A stretch of DNA of 64,000 bases from contig NC_068982.1 in NCBI RefSeq assembly GCF_001194135.2, positions 119,866,192 to 119,930,191 on the forward strand, given 5' to 3'. Position 1 is the first letter of the stretch. Each line of letters starts with the position of its first letter. The stretch comes from Octopus bimaculoides. Lineage: Eukaryota. This document shows, in pieces, positions 38,330-50,179 of the stretch. The notes beneath the pieces are model-generated. The model made no database searches. It worked only from the letters and a program-made list of their open reading frames with translations, and was not told the DNA's origin. A program made the translations under genes and the position numbers.

Positions 38330-40933
38330 GCAATAGAAATTTGCTTGAGAAAATCAGATGTCGAAGATTAATAGTGGTAATAAGGTTGGTAACGAGTGTT
38401 ACGTTGCCTGAGTTTATGAGAGACAGGAGTTTCCGAAGAAACTCTAGTGGTAAGAGCGAAAAGGAAGCTGGACCTTTAAGGGAGGGTCTCTCGCTTGGCA
38501 GCGGTTCAGTAAAGATGCAGACTGACTCTAGTTCTTATCCTGGTACGGCATCAGCAGATAATAGAGCAAGGAGGAGGAAGTGGACTCGCGAAGAAAACAG
38601 GATAATAATGCAGTGCTACTTAGAAGGTAAACCTAAAGGAAGGGACTATAGACAACGGATGTTAACATTTTGGGTAGAGAAGAATAATCTGAAGTAACTG
38701 CGCAGAGATTTATAGACCAAGCTAATGTTTGGCACCAACGACTTAAGTGATTTAAGTAAGGAAAATCAGAAGATTTTAGATGAGTTGCTGGAAGTAATGA
38801 GTAAAGAAGTAAAAAGATTCCTAGCATTAAAAGACACCAGCAGTAGGAAGCAACTAGAAATACCTTGGAAAAGAAATTCTGTTATCAGCAGGATAGATTC
38901 TAAAAATATAGGAAACTCTAACTTAATGATCTATGCAGGAAGGTTAGTAGTCAATAGAAGATGAGATATCTCACAGGAAAGATTACAAAATAGCAAATGT
39001 GGAAAAGTAGACTACAAAAAAGCGTGAAGACTTCAAGACAAGATCTGAGTAGAGTAGAATTAGGAAACACAAGAAACGAATCTCCCCTTGAGAAAAGATA
39101 CTTAGTCAAAGAGAAAGGATTTGAACAGGAATAGAAGAGTTGATACAGCGTATCGTAACAGTAGCAGGAAAGCTCTCCAAATATCAGAAAAAATAGGTCA
39201 TTATCAACAGAATAGATTATTTGAGACAGACCAGAGGAGATTTTATAACTTAAAAAATAGTGGAGAAAGAAATACTGAAGATGACAAAACTAATGTAGAA
39301 GAAGCTAGAAAATTCTGGAGTAATACTTGGGATAAACCAGAAAAACAAAAAGGTTTGAAGAAGACGGCTAGAGGAACGCATGATCTATTATACATAGACA
39401 AAGGAGTACTAAATGAAGTAAAAGCTACAAAGACAAATCGAACTATAGCATGGATAGATTATAGGAAAGCCTATGACACAATCCCACACACCTTGATAAG
39501 TAAATGTTTGAATATATTCGGTATAGCAGACAACATACGAGAGTTAATTAGCTTTAGCAGGAGGAAATGGAAAGTAGATCTCTTACTCAGGTGACACAGT
39601 ATTCGGAAATGTTAATATCAAAAGAGGAATTTTCCAAGAGGAATCGTTTTCCCCTTTAATATTTGTCTTATGTTTGATCCCACTCTGTTTAGTATTAAGG
39701 AAGGCAAAGGCAGAGTAATGGGAAAATTAACAATTTGCTCTACATAGATGATCTGAACCTTTTCAGTAAGACTGAAAAAGAGATAGATTCCTTAATACAG
39801 ACTGTACGACTGTTCAGCAAAGATATAGGCATGGAATTTGGCATAGATATGTATGCAATATTAGTCATGAGAAGGGGACAGGTAGTCAACAGCGATGGCA
39901 TCCATTTACCAGATGGCCAGACAATACAATCATTGAAAAGAGGTGAGTGTTATAAGTATCTAGGAGTATGAGAATCTGACAGAGTACTAATTATAGAAAA
40001 CGAAAATTGAGGTGTACTTTAGAAGGTTGAGGAGGTTAATGAAGTCGAAGCTGTAAATACATGGGCACTATCATTACTAATATACTCAGTAGCTTTTGTA
40101 GATTGGCAACAACTGAATTAGTAAAGCTAAACAAAAGAACTAGGAAAGAATTCAATATGAATAGAGGACTCCACCCAAGATCAGGAGTAGCAAGATTATA
40201 CTTACCTAGAAATGAAGGGGAAAGAGGATTAATATCAGTAGAAGGCTACGTGGAGTTAGCTGGAGTAGGCATAGATTCCTACGTAGGTAATAGTGAAGAA
40301 ACTTGATTGCAGAAAAGGGCGACAGAGTTGGTTAGTAGCAGCACAAGATCAAGAATTTAGGACTAATTGGATAAAAAGCCAAAATAGAAAAAAAAACAAG
40401 CAGATTCCCAATGTAGGTTATACAAATCAAAAGAGAAAATGGTTGCTCATACAGTAAGTGAATGTAGCACGCTGGCACAGAAAAAAATACCAGAAAAGAC
40501 ACAACAACCTAGTGAGAGTAATACACTGGGAATTATGTAGAAAACAAGGATTTGAACATACTGATAAATGGTATGAGCATGAACCTAATAAAATACTAGA
40601 AAGTAATAAATACAAGATTTTGTGGGACTTTAAAATTCAGACTGAGAGAATATTAGAAGCTTGAAGACCTGATTTAGTAGTTGTAGACAAAAGGAATAGA
40701 ACGTGTCAGACAATTGACTTTACAGTCCCAAATTATGAAAATAGGAATACCAGATGTATAGAAAAACTAGCAAAGTACCAGGACCTAGCCGTTGAATTAC
40801 AGAAACTATGGAAAGTGCGGGGAAAATGTATCGTAGTAGTTATAGGTGCATCGGAAACTATCGCTAAAGATTTGAACAGATGGATGGAGGAAATAGGTAT
40901 AAAACCTAGTTTGTAACAATCATGTATGATGAA

Positions 40934-41004
<71 letters not shown>
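38330..41004 (+). mobile_element. Internally deleted R4/Dong-like RLE non-LTR retrotransposon ending in (TAA)n
   Basis: RRKWTREENRIIMQCY, QQNRLFETDQRRFY, IAWIDYRKAYDTIPH, LYIDDLNLFSK, YKYLGV, RLYLPRNEGERGLIS, RHNNLVRVIHWELC, KILWDFKIQT..RPDLVVVDK, EKLAKYQDLAVEL; (TAA)n at 40934-41004. Confidence 0.92.
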
Positions 41005-41005
<1 letters not shown>

Positions 41006-41332
41006 CTGAAACAGTTATATTAGTTGATTCTCAAAACTATACCAAAAGGAGTACAAAAAGTGCCATGTCAATGTGAGAGTGCGAATACACTAGGAATTAT
41101 GCAAACAGTGTGGGCTAGAATGATCCAACACCTGGTATGTTCATTACCCTTTGCCTGCAGTAGAGACTGTTCAGGTGAAACCCAAGTGAATCCTATTAGG
41201 AATAAGACCGAGCCTGAGCCAAACCAAAGGAAGAAGAAGAAGAAGAAGAAGAAGAAGAAGAAGAAGAAGAAGAAGAAGAAGAAGAAGAAGAAGAAGAAGA
41301 AGAAGAAGAAGAAGAAGAAGAAGAAGAAGAAA
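41005..41332 (+). mobile_element. Second R4/Dong-like fragment with (AAG)n tract
   Basis: Frameshifted ...KEYKKCHVNVRVRIH*ELCKQCGLE*SNTWYVH (CCHC region), then (AAG)n at 41230-41332. Confidence 0.65.
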
Positions 41333-42152
41333 CAGCAATGACAATGATAATATTTATAATATTTTAATTTAGTAACAAATACACTAATTTTCAAGGGCGT
41401 GGATTAGTCGATAGCTTCAACCTCATTACTTGACTGGTACGGTATTTTATCGATTTTGTTCTCTAGTCTTCTAGGACTACTTTCGTATAGTTGCTAAATT
41501 ATTCATATGGAAGCTTAATAGGCTATCTAGGCGACAGTATTAAGTTACAAGTACTAGTGATTTTAGTTATTGATAAAATAATCTGTCAGCTCGCCTAAAC
41601 ATAAAAACTGACACGGGAACTCATAAAGTTAAATCATAGATCGAGTTTCAGCTGCGTCTGGCCGTTAAGAAGACATTCACACTATATCATTTACATTAAT
41701 TTTATTGATCCTGTATTCTTTCGCTGACTTTTGATTGCTGGAACTGTGTAAAACAAGTACAAATTTGACCAAAACAATCTAAAATAAAACTGTTATTGAA
41801 AATCCTTTACGTACATTTTCATTACTTTCTATTAGCATATGACATATGTACTCAAGAATAACTATTAGTGCTCTAATTATCATTTCCAACCAGTAAATTG
41901 GCAAAATCGTTTTTTGCAACGGGAAAAATACATTGCAGCATTTAGCTACGGGTTTTTTTACCATCTGAATTCATTTCTTGCCTAAGTCAAAATTTACCTT
42001 TGAAAATTTAAGGTCATCTATGCGAACGGATTTAATCGTTGTTACTTCCCATCCTAAAAAATGCTTGGCTTTATGACAAAATGAAGAATCGCATTCTCAA
42101 TATCCTTATCTCTGAGTCATCAATATCTTCATTCTGATGATATTATCGCGTG

Positions 42153-42518
42153 TCTTTTATCTGGTATTTCCTTCAGTCATTTGTCTGCCGCCATGATGAG
42201 GAACGATCTTGAAGGGTTTTAGTCGAACAAATCGATCCTAGGACGTATTTTTTAATCTACTTAATCTACTTAATCTACCCGTCGCCCTTACTGAACTAAT
42301 AAGTTACTGGGTCGTTAACTCCGGTTCTCAAGCACAGACACAAAGACACGTACATTGATCTCTACATATATACATCGAGCTTCTTTCAGTTTCCGTCTAC
42401 CGAATCCACTCACACGGTATTGGACAGTCCGAGGATAGAACAGAAGACAAGGTGACACGCAGTGGCAATGAACCCGGAACCATGTGGTTGGGAAGCAAGC
42501 TTCTTATCACACAGCCAT
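42153..42518 (-). mobile_element. tRNA-derived SINE family C
   Basis: Minus strand starts ggctgtgtgataagaagcttgcttcccaaccacatggttccgggttcattgccactgcgtg (A/B-box-like), central microsatellite-like segment, tail gatcgatttgttcgactaaaacccttcaag...aaatgactgaag. Confidence 0.8.
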
Positions 42519-43811
42519 CAACATAATTTATCATTAAGGCTAAAGAAAATGTGGGTATTTTATTTCATAGATTTCTAAGATTTTTAACAGACGGTCTAAT
42601 GTCTACTAATTTTGCAGGAGGATGGAGTCCATTATATCAGCAAATTATTTGATTGATACTTAATATGTCATTTTTGGAATTAGATATCGGTAAGATTTGA
42701 AATTTGAAATTAAAAGAGAACACAACACTGTGTTGGTAGTTGTCTAATGTTCAATGATTTCCCCTCTGATTGATAATATTCCCAAATTAATCACATAATA
42801 CGCAAAGATAAAAAAAACACACTTTCATGTAATTGAAAAATTTGGAGTCAACGAAGAGTAAGTTTGGATATTTATTTTCAGTCACTACAATTGTTTACGC
42901 AACGTAGTTCTCCGGACGTGCAGGTACTTCATTATGCAATTTTTTTCATTTTTTTAAGTTATCAATTCACACACAACAGAAGCCCGAACACATAGCCGGA
43001 AGTACGTATAATACTGAATAGGACAGGGTTAAATTAGAAGGTGGACTAGATTTATATTGTACTCTACTGCATTCTTAACAGAATATAACATAACTATATA
43101 TGTATATATATATATATATNNNNNNNNNNNNNNNNNNNNNNNNNNNNNNNNNNNNNNNNNNNNNNNNNNNNNNNNNNNNNNNNNNNNNNNNNNNNNNNNN
43201 NNNNNNNNNNNNNNNNNNNNNNNNNNNNNNNNNNNNNNNNNNNNNNNNNNNNNNNNNNNNNNNNNNNNNNNNNNNNNNNNNNNNNNNNNNNNNNNNNNNN
43301 NNNNNNNNNNNNNNNNNNNNNNNNNNNNNNNNNNNNNNNNNNNNNNNNNNNNNNNNNNNNNNNNNNNNNNNNNNNNNNNNNNNNNNNNNNNNNNNNNNNN
43401 NNNNNNNNNNNNNNNNNNNNNNNNNNNNNNNNNNNNNNNNNNNNNNNNNNNNNNNNNNNNNNNNNNNNNNNNNNNNNNNNNNNNNNNNNNNNNNNNNNNN
43501 NNNNNNNNNNNNNNNNNNNNNNNNNNNNNNNNNNNNNNNNNNNNNNNNNNNNNNNNNNNNNNNNNNNNNNNNNNNNNNNNNNNNNNNNNNNNNNNNNNNN
43601 NNNNNNNNNNNNNNNNNNNNNNNNNNNNNNNNNNNNNNNNNNNNNNNNNNNNNNNNNNNNNNNNNNNNNNNNNNNNNNNNNNNNNNNNNNNNNNNNNNNN
43701 NNNNNNNNNNNNNNNNNNNNNNNNNNNNNNNNNNNNNNNNNNNNNNNNNNNNNNNNNNNNNNNNNNNNNNNNNNNNNNNNNNNNNNNNNNNNNNNNNNNN
43801 NNNNNNNNNNN

Positions 43812-43856
<45 letters not shown>

Positions 43857-44010
43857 GAGAGACGGGCTTCTTGCAGCTTCTGTCAACAAACCCACTTACA
43901 AGGCTTTCATCGGCCCTAGGCTATAGAAGATGACAATTACTTAATGTTCCACACAGTGGGACTGAACCTGGAACAATATCATTGGGAAGCAAATTGTTAC
44001 CAGACTGCCA
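43857..44010 (-). mobile_element. 5' half of SINE family C, ending at a (TA)n tract and gap
   Basis: Colinear with 42360-42518 (ttgcttcccaa..gttccaggttcagtcccactgtg..gaagcccgtc). Confidence 0.7.
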
Positions 44011-44262
44011 GACCTGTGTCTGTGTATGTATATCTAAGAACTGCTGAATACCAGATCCGAAATCTTTAGAAGATGTAAACATATGGATAAGTTCTTGTTG
44101 CAAAATTGGAAAATACCACCTTCAATGAATTGAGTAGACTCTAAGCCCCTATCCATTCAATCTTATGACTTTATTGTCATAGGGGAAATAGTTCTATTTC
44201 TCCCCTTCTTTCTTTTCTCTGTTTTCTTTTTTGTTTTCCCCTCTTTTCAACTTTCTAGCTTT

Positions 44263-44353
44263 TAGATAGATAGATTGACAGACAGACAGACAGGTAAACA
44301 GACAAACAGTTAGACTGACAGACAAACAGACACAGACAAACAGACAGACAGAC

Positions 44354-44412
<59 letters not shown>

Positions 44413-44413
44413 C
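44263..44413. repeat. (GACA)n(GATA)n microsatellite
   Basis: Directly visible. Confidence 0.95.
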
Positions 44414-45440
44414 TACACTGCGACAAATATATCACAATGTATTTTGACAATATTGCACCAGTTAGCAACGTTGAGCAATGCTTGGACCCTCTTCATATCA
44501 AGATTTTTTTTTTCGCCTTTTATCGATTCTCTTACCATACCATATAGCTGAGATGTCTGAACATATATCACAACAGTGACACGTGATGGACTTTGAAAAG
44601 AAAAATATCATTGTAAAATCATGTTTAAAATATTTCACTGAATTTCACATTGAGTTTTAATAATTCGGGTATGAATCTTAAAAATTTGTATTTTTCAGTA
44701 CTACTTCTTACTAGACTAAAATAGTACATTCCTTAAAGTAACAGTTTATTTCAAATTACCGAATCTACAAGTTTTTTTTTGTTTTTTTTTTTCACTAGCT
44801 TCACTGTCTAGCACATCTTGATAATTGTATGGATCTTGTTGTATGATTTAATTCGGTTACCGTTATTTACTAGATAAAAATTTGATGGCATCAAGTGTTA
44901 ATAAATAGTATACGATTGCAAATGAAAACAGACAGAATTTATGTGATTGGTGCACTGACCTATATGGCGTTTCGGATAAAGATGATAAGCTCTTTATATA
45001 TTTTGAGAAGATATGGTTGTGAGTAGATTTAGGCTTTCTAGCACTAAGAATCAATGTTTTTTTAATGAACTTATTTATATTCCATGCAGGATCTTTGCAT
45101 TTAGAAGCTGCATATTTTAGTATTTCTCATACTGTTGTGATCAGGAAAATCACGAAACGATGGAGAGTTTTGTTAAATGTACGCTATTTTATTGTTATGT
45201 CTTTCATAATAAGTACACCATTGTAGAGTTGGTGGATAAATTAGTGATAAATGGAAGTAATGTTCAAGTGAGAGTTGTTATAAAAACGCACGCTGTTATA
45301 AGAAATCAAATTGAAGAACACCTTCCAACTCTGTATTAAATTAATGGAATGCAAATAGTATTTCGTTTGATTCCTATCATGGACAATAGAATATGTTTAT
45401 AAATTTATTAGCCAACTCTGTATGTTACGACGACAGTAAA

Positions 45441-45484
45441 CAATACGTGTATACAATACGTGTATACAATACGTGTATACAATA
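45441..45484. repeat. 13-bp minisatellite caatacgtgtata, about 3.4 copies
   Basis: Three identical units directly visible. Confidence 0.95.
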
Positions 45485-46307
45485 ATATAGGCGTATTAAC
45501 ATCATTTCATTTCGTTGCTACAATGAACCCAACCGTTGCTTTAACATTCAATACTATATATATTGCAACGAATGTAACAAATACTTTTCTGCAATATGTA
45601 TCATACTGTGTTGACTAGTAAATTGGTAAATGCGAGTTGTGGGGGTGTTCTATAAGCCATTATATCAATGAAATGAAACATTGTTCATACACAAGTAATT
45701 TAATGTTCGAACTAATTAACAATGAAGTGTTAAATATAGAAGCAGGTATAACTGTTAACGTTACTCGATTTATCAGAAGTGTATTCATTGATTGTTAATG
45801 AAAGTGTCCTGCTGTTGACAAACATCTCGAAATGTGCTAATACTGCTCCCCACCTATTATGGTCCACGAACATATTCTATAAACGTATTGTTTGTGTAAT
45901 GTATTGTTTGATAATGAATTTATAATTATGTTCTATATTACAATTAAATTTCCATCTTGTTTGGGCAACCCCTCACATCAGTGGGATTAGATATTATAGC
46001 AGGATATTTTCATAGAGATTGTAAATACGGGGACTTATTTTAATTGAAGAATTTACTTCAAAATACAGCATGAAAGACAATAAATGACTTCGTTTTTAAG
46101 ATGATTTTCGGAAAGAAAAACATATTTATCAAAAATAGTTTCAGCTACGACATATTGTGCTTCTAATATGGAACGCTTCCATTTCCCCCATATCATTCTG
46201 TTAGAACTTGAACTTACGACTACGTGTTATGTATCATTCAGTCTATCGCGTGTGTGCCTGTGTGTGAGTGTATGATGGTTAATTCTGATTGGTTCTTTTC
46301 TTATCTA

Positions 46308-47976
46308 TAAAACCTGCTGTAAATTGTTTTGCAAAAAAAAATGTTTTTTAAGCCAGTCTTACGTCATTTTGTTGAATCGTTTATTGTTAAAATTGTTTCA
46401 TGTTTTTTAAACACTTTGTTACACTTGTTTTACTGCCTTACGGCAGCGTGTTAAAGATTTCCCCTTTCGAAGAAGGGTGTAGCACAAGTATTAACGATGG
46501 CGTACGAAAGCCTCACCTCCTTGGAGCTCACGTCTTCTGAGGAGGAACTACTGATGTATGTCGAAGTAATGGAGGAGCAGGTGAAGAAAATAAATTTTGC
46601 GGCTGTCGCCAAGAGCCACAGCAACGACGTCGAACTAACAGTACTTAGTAAATATAAAACTATGCTTTGTAGGGAGGGGTGCGACGTAAAGGTGTCCCCT
46701 TCCCAAGGAATTTTGAAAACTACCAAGGAGAAAACTATAATATATAGAACGTCCTCCATGAAAACAAAGAAAATCGAAATAATGACGACCACGCAAGTAG
46801 AAAAGGCCTTGAAACTAATCTGGCAAGAGATTTCGTACCTTGCCAGAGGAAGGAAGTTAGGAACAGTGGAGGTGCGCTTCCGAGAGGTAGCTACTGCCAG
46901 GTTACACTCGACAACCCCTTTAAAGACAGAAGAAATGGTGCTTCTACCCATATACCTTGGGAGGCGTACCACCAGGGTTAGGGCAGATGTACCACCAAAG
47001 ATTGATGTCGCCTGGCTACTAACTGCCATACTGCTGGGCAGTGAAGATACGCTTGTGGTCCTCCAAGCCACAAGAACAGTTCATAAAAATTGGCAAGTGC
47101 AGAACCTGGATATGATTATCCAGGCGGCCCTGGAGGACCTCAGGAGGGCAGGACCCCGCGTTGCTACAAGTGTGGCCTAAAAGACCGCATTAGAACGGAT
47201 TGCCCTCCGCCGCTCAAAAGACCCTAAGAAAAGCCCGTAAGCAGGGAGGAAGTCGCACCTCCAGCACGAACAAAAGAAACCTCAAGTGCTGAGGAAGAAG
47301 AAGCAAACAACGAAGGAAATTATTGGGAAACGGTCGGAAGGAAAGAGGGAAAAGGTACACCCTGTGAATGTCGAACAACATCCCACAGCCACCCAAGACC
47401 CACCCACACCCACTTTGTCCCACCTGCCCTATAGACACCAACCGCGCCCCACACCCCACCGACATAAAGAAAAACACAAACACACAGGAGCCCCAAAACT
47501 TCCCCTTCCCCTGCCTATGAAAAAACAAAATACATAGTGTTATTCGACGGTTTAAACAAAGAAGTCTGCAACGAGATAAACACTTGGGAAGATGCAATAA
47601 CAGTTAATACAGCAGATTATACTAGGATACGGTGGTGTTTTAATTGCATACTGTCAAACGGGTATCAAATGTCAAAATTAGTTAACTACAATAAAGATTT
47701 TGAATACTGGGAGAAGACAATGGACACCAGTCAAGTACCAAAGTATAGAAACGTTCGTAATCTCCGAGATGTTTTCAATATTGACATTCTACAGGAAGAT
47801 TTTGATTGCATTTAAGGTCGTATTAACAGGATAGATGAAGTCGCTCGGAGGTGGGGCTGAAAGGCTTCATTCATCTTTTCATTTTCATTTCATTTTTCTT
47901 TCATTCGTTTTTTTGTCACCACACATTTTGTGTAGTCCCCTCTATGTTTCACCCTTGTGGGTAATAAAGAAATCAA
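46308..47976 (+). mobile_element. ORF1-only non-autonomous L1/Tx1-like retroelement (HAL1-like)
   Basis: GC-richer island with gag-like ORF, CCHC knuckle, T-rich 3' UTR and AATAAA tail; candidate 9-bp TSD tcttatcta at 46299-46307 and 47977-47985 (5' boundary uncertain); no endonuclease or RT motifs between ORF and tail. Confidence 0.7.
46497..47815 (+). pseudogene. Frameshifted gag-like ORF1 with zinc knuckle
   Basis: 227-aa ORF 46497-47180 (acgATGG context); a shifted frame gives EGRTPRCYKCGLKDRIRTDCP (CX2CX4[H>R]X4C, 47162-47203); continues through Lys/Pro-rich 47286-47537 and 47537-47815 in other frames. Confidence 0.7.
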
Positions 47977-48431
47977 TCTTATCTACAGTGTGCGCTCGGT
48001 GTTCTGTTTTCAGTTAGGCTATGACTGGAATTATATATTACTGGAATTGGACTGGTACTTATTACATTCTATTATACATTAGGAAGTAGTCTGCACTAAA
48101 ATATGTTTTACAGAGTTTGGTGATGTACCAACAGTAACCACAAAGATAGAAAATTTGACTACACCACAAAACAAGGATTTAATTTACAAGGACTAACTAG
48201 TACACAATACTCTACGGAGGCTGAGTCATGATCCAGTATTTGAAAGGTTTGTTGAATGTTTGAGTGAAAGTAGACAATTTTGTTTTGATGTACAAACCAT
48301 GGAGCTTGATTTCCTTCCTCTAAATTAATTTGCTCTTCTTATTAAGCATATGTTTCACGGGCTGAACAAAATTTATACCGAAAGGCTTGGGGAAATCATA
48401 TTTGAAACGACTAGAAGTAAACGCGTCATAT

Positions 48432-48493
48432 TACAACCGTATGAGTAAAACCTGAGTATTTCTAGAGAGGATATCTGAAAGAAACCGGTTGTA
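48432..48493 (+). ncRNA. Possible decayed type-III hammerhead ribozyme motif
   Basis: tacaaccg-ta ... ctagagag-gatatct-gaaagaaac-cggttgta: 8-bp closing stem and GAAAC present, but the CUGANGA core is not intact. Confidence 0.25.
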
Positions 48494-50179
48494 GTATCCA
48501 AATAAAATTTTCAAAACCGTTTACAGAAGTTTTAAGGACCGTGGTTGAAGTTTCCCTCTCAGTATGTGCAATTCAGAAAACTGGGGAAACAATAGAATTG
48601 ATAAAATATTTTGAGGCGGGTTCCATGTATCTGAAATTAGATGCGGTTTAGTGGTTTGGATTTAACTGTACTAGAAATGCGATTTACCAACTTCCAATTC
48701 AAAGTTATTTGTATGCAAATTCCATTAAAGCAGACCTAATGTGAAAGGAAAAGAACGAAATTGTGCACAAGTAATCGGGAATAAGCACCTTCTGAGGGTG
48801 TGGTATTACATCAATGATTGTACACTTTCACTATATTTTCAAATACAACTTACTCGGAACTAAATAACATCAAAACTAACACAAAATTGACAGAATAAGG
48901 ATAACCTGTGTGGTGTCTGCGTAGCATTTAATTATACAGGTTTAATTTCATCCACAGAGAACTATCTTCTTTAATTCGACAGAAAACTACCCTTAAATGT
49001 AAGATAAACATGCTTAAAATATCTCATTCTTAAATTTCACTCTATCTATTCGTTAGAGTATTTTGAAATTTGAAGTTATAATTAATTAAACTTCGTAGTT
49101 TTATAAATATTTTAGTTACAAAGACCTTTTATCTCTACCCATTTACCTAAAACTGAAATAAGCGTTTAAAATTCTGACAACTAGGGCTAAAAGTCTTCGC
49201 TCTCATTGCCATTTAACAAGTGTCTATAGTACTTTTTATAAGTAAAGAAATAGCAATAAATAATATATAGCACAGATAAAATTTTTGTCGTCATTGACAT
49301 TTCTGAGACCACATTTTTCATATTCAGTTACTAGTACTTGATGTATCAATGAATAATCAAAAGTGTAAGGAGGAAGGAGGGAAAGAAAGATATAGCTTCA
49401 ACATAATATTTAAAATGATTGATTAGTTTGTCTGATGCCTGCTGTCTGTTTATTATTTATTAGCAAGAATGCTATTTCAAAATGTGTTGTTTATGATACT
49501 TAATGATGAAACAATGATAGTCCATTTATTTTATTTTATAAACTGCCAACATTATCGCAAATAAAATAACAATCTGTACTAATATTTAATAATACAGTCA
49601 TTTACTTGTCTGAATCAGAATACGGTTCTCTAACGTATTAGAATAAATTAAATTTGGGTGTTACATAACAAATTAATTTCTAACAGGGACAAAAGGTCAC
49701 ACGTTTTTATAGGGGAATAATATCAATTAATTCTGCTTATGCCGGAGAGTGTTACTTATTTTATCCCGACTTCAGATGGAATAAACTCAAAACATATTCC
49801 AGCAGAATTGAGCTGAAAACATAAAGCTGTACAGCTAAATAATACAGTATGTGTCTACCGACCTTTCTATATGCAATGTATAAAAACTGTTTAAAACTAT
49901 GACTTAAATTATGATACCTTAGTATGACTTGAGGTATTGTTATTGCATATTTCTGTATTTGTGGATGTTTACAACTATCGAAACTCGAGATTAGAGATTA
50001 TCGCTTGTCGTTGAGTATTTCCTAGCTGGAAAGGGGTTTGTTTGTTTGTTTTTTGTTTGTTTGTTTTCTTTTGCGTCAGACTGCGATACTGAAACTGAAT
50101 ATTTGCCGAAATGTATGCGAAATTGGCGTAACTGTAGACGGCGGGATTTTGTTTAGACGAACATCTAATCAACAAAAGA

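Noticed and set aside
41024-41394. Poly-Lys and poly-Phe ORFs
   Set aside because: Translations of the (AAG)n tract.
46451-47071. 206-aa minus-strand ORF
   Set aside because: Antisense to the gag-like ORF, which has the start context and knuckle; no recognisable motif.
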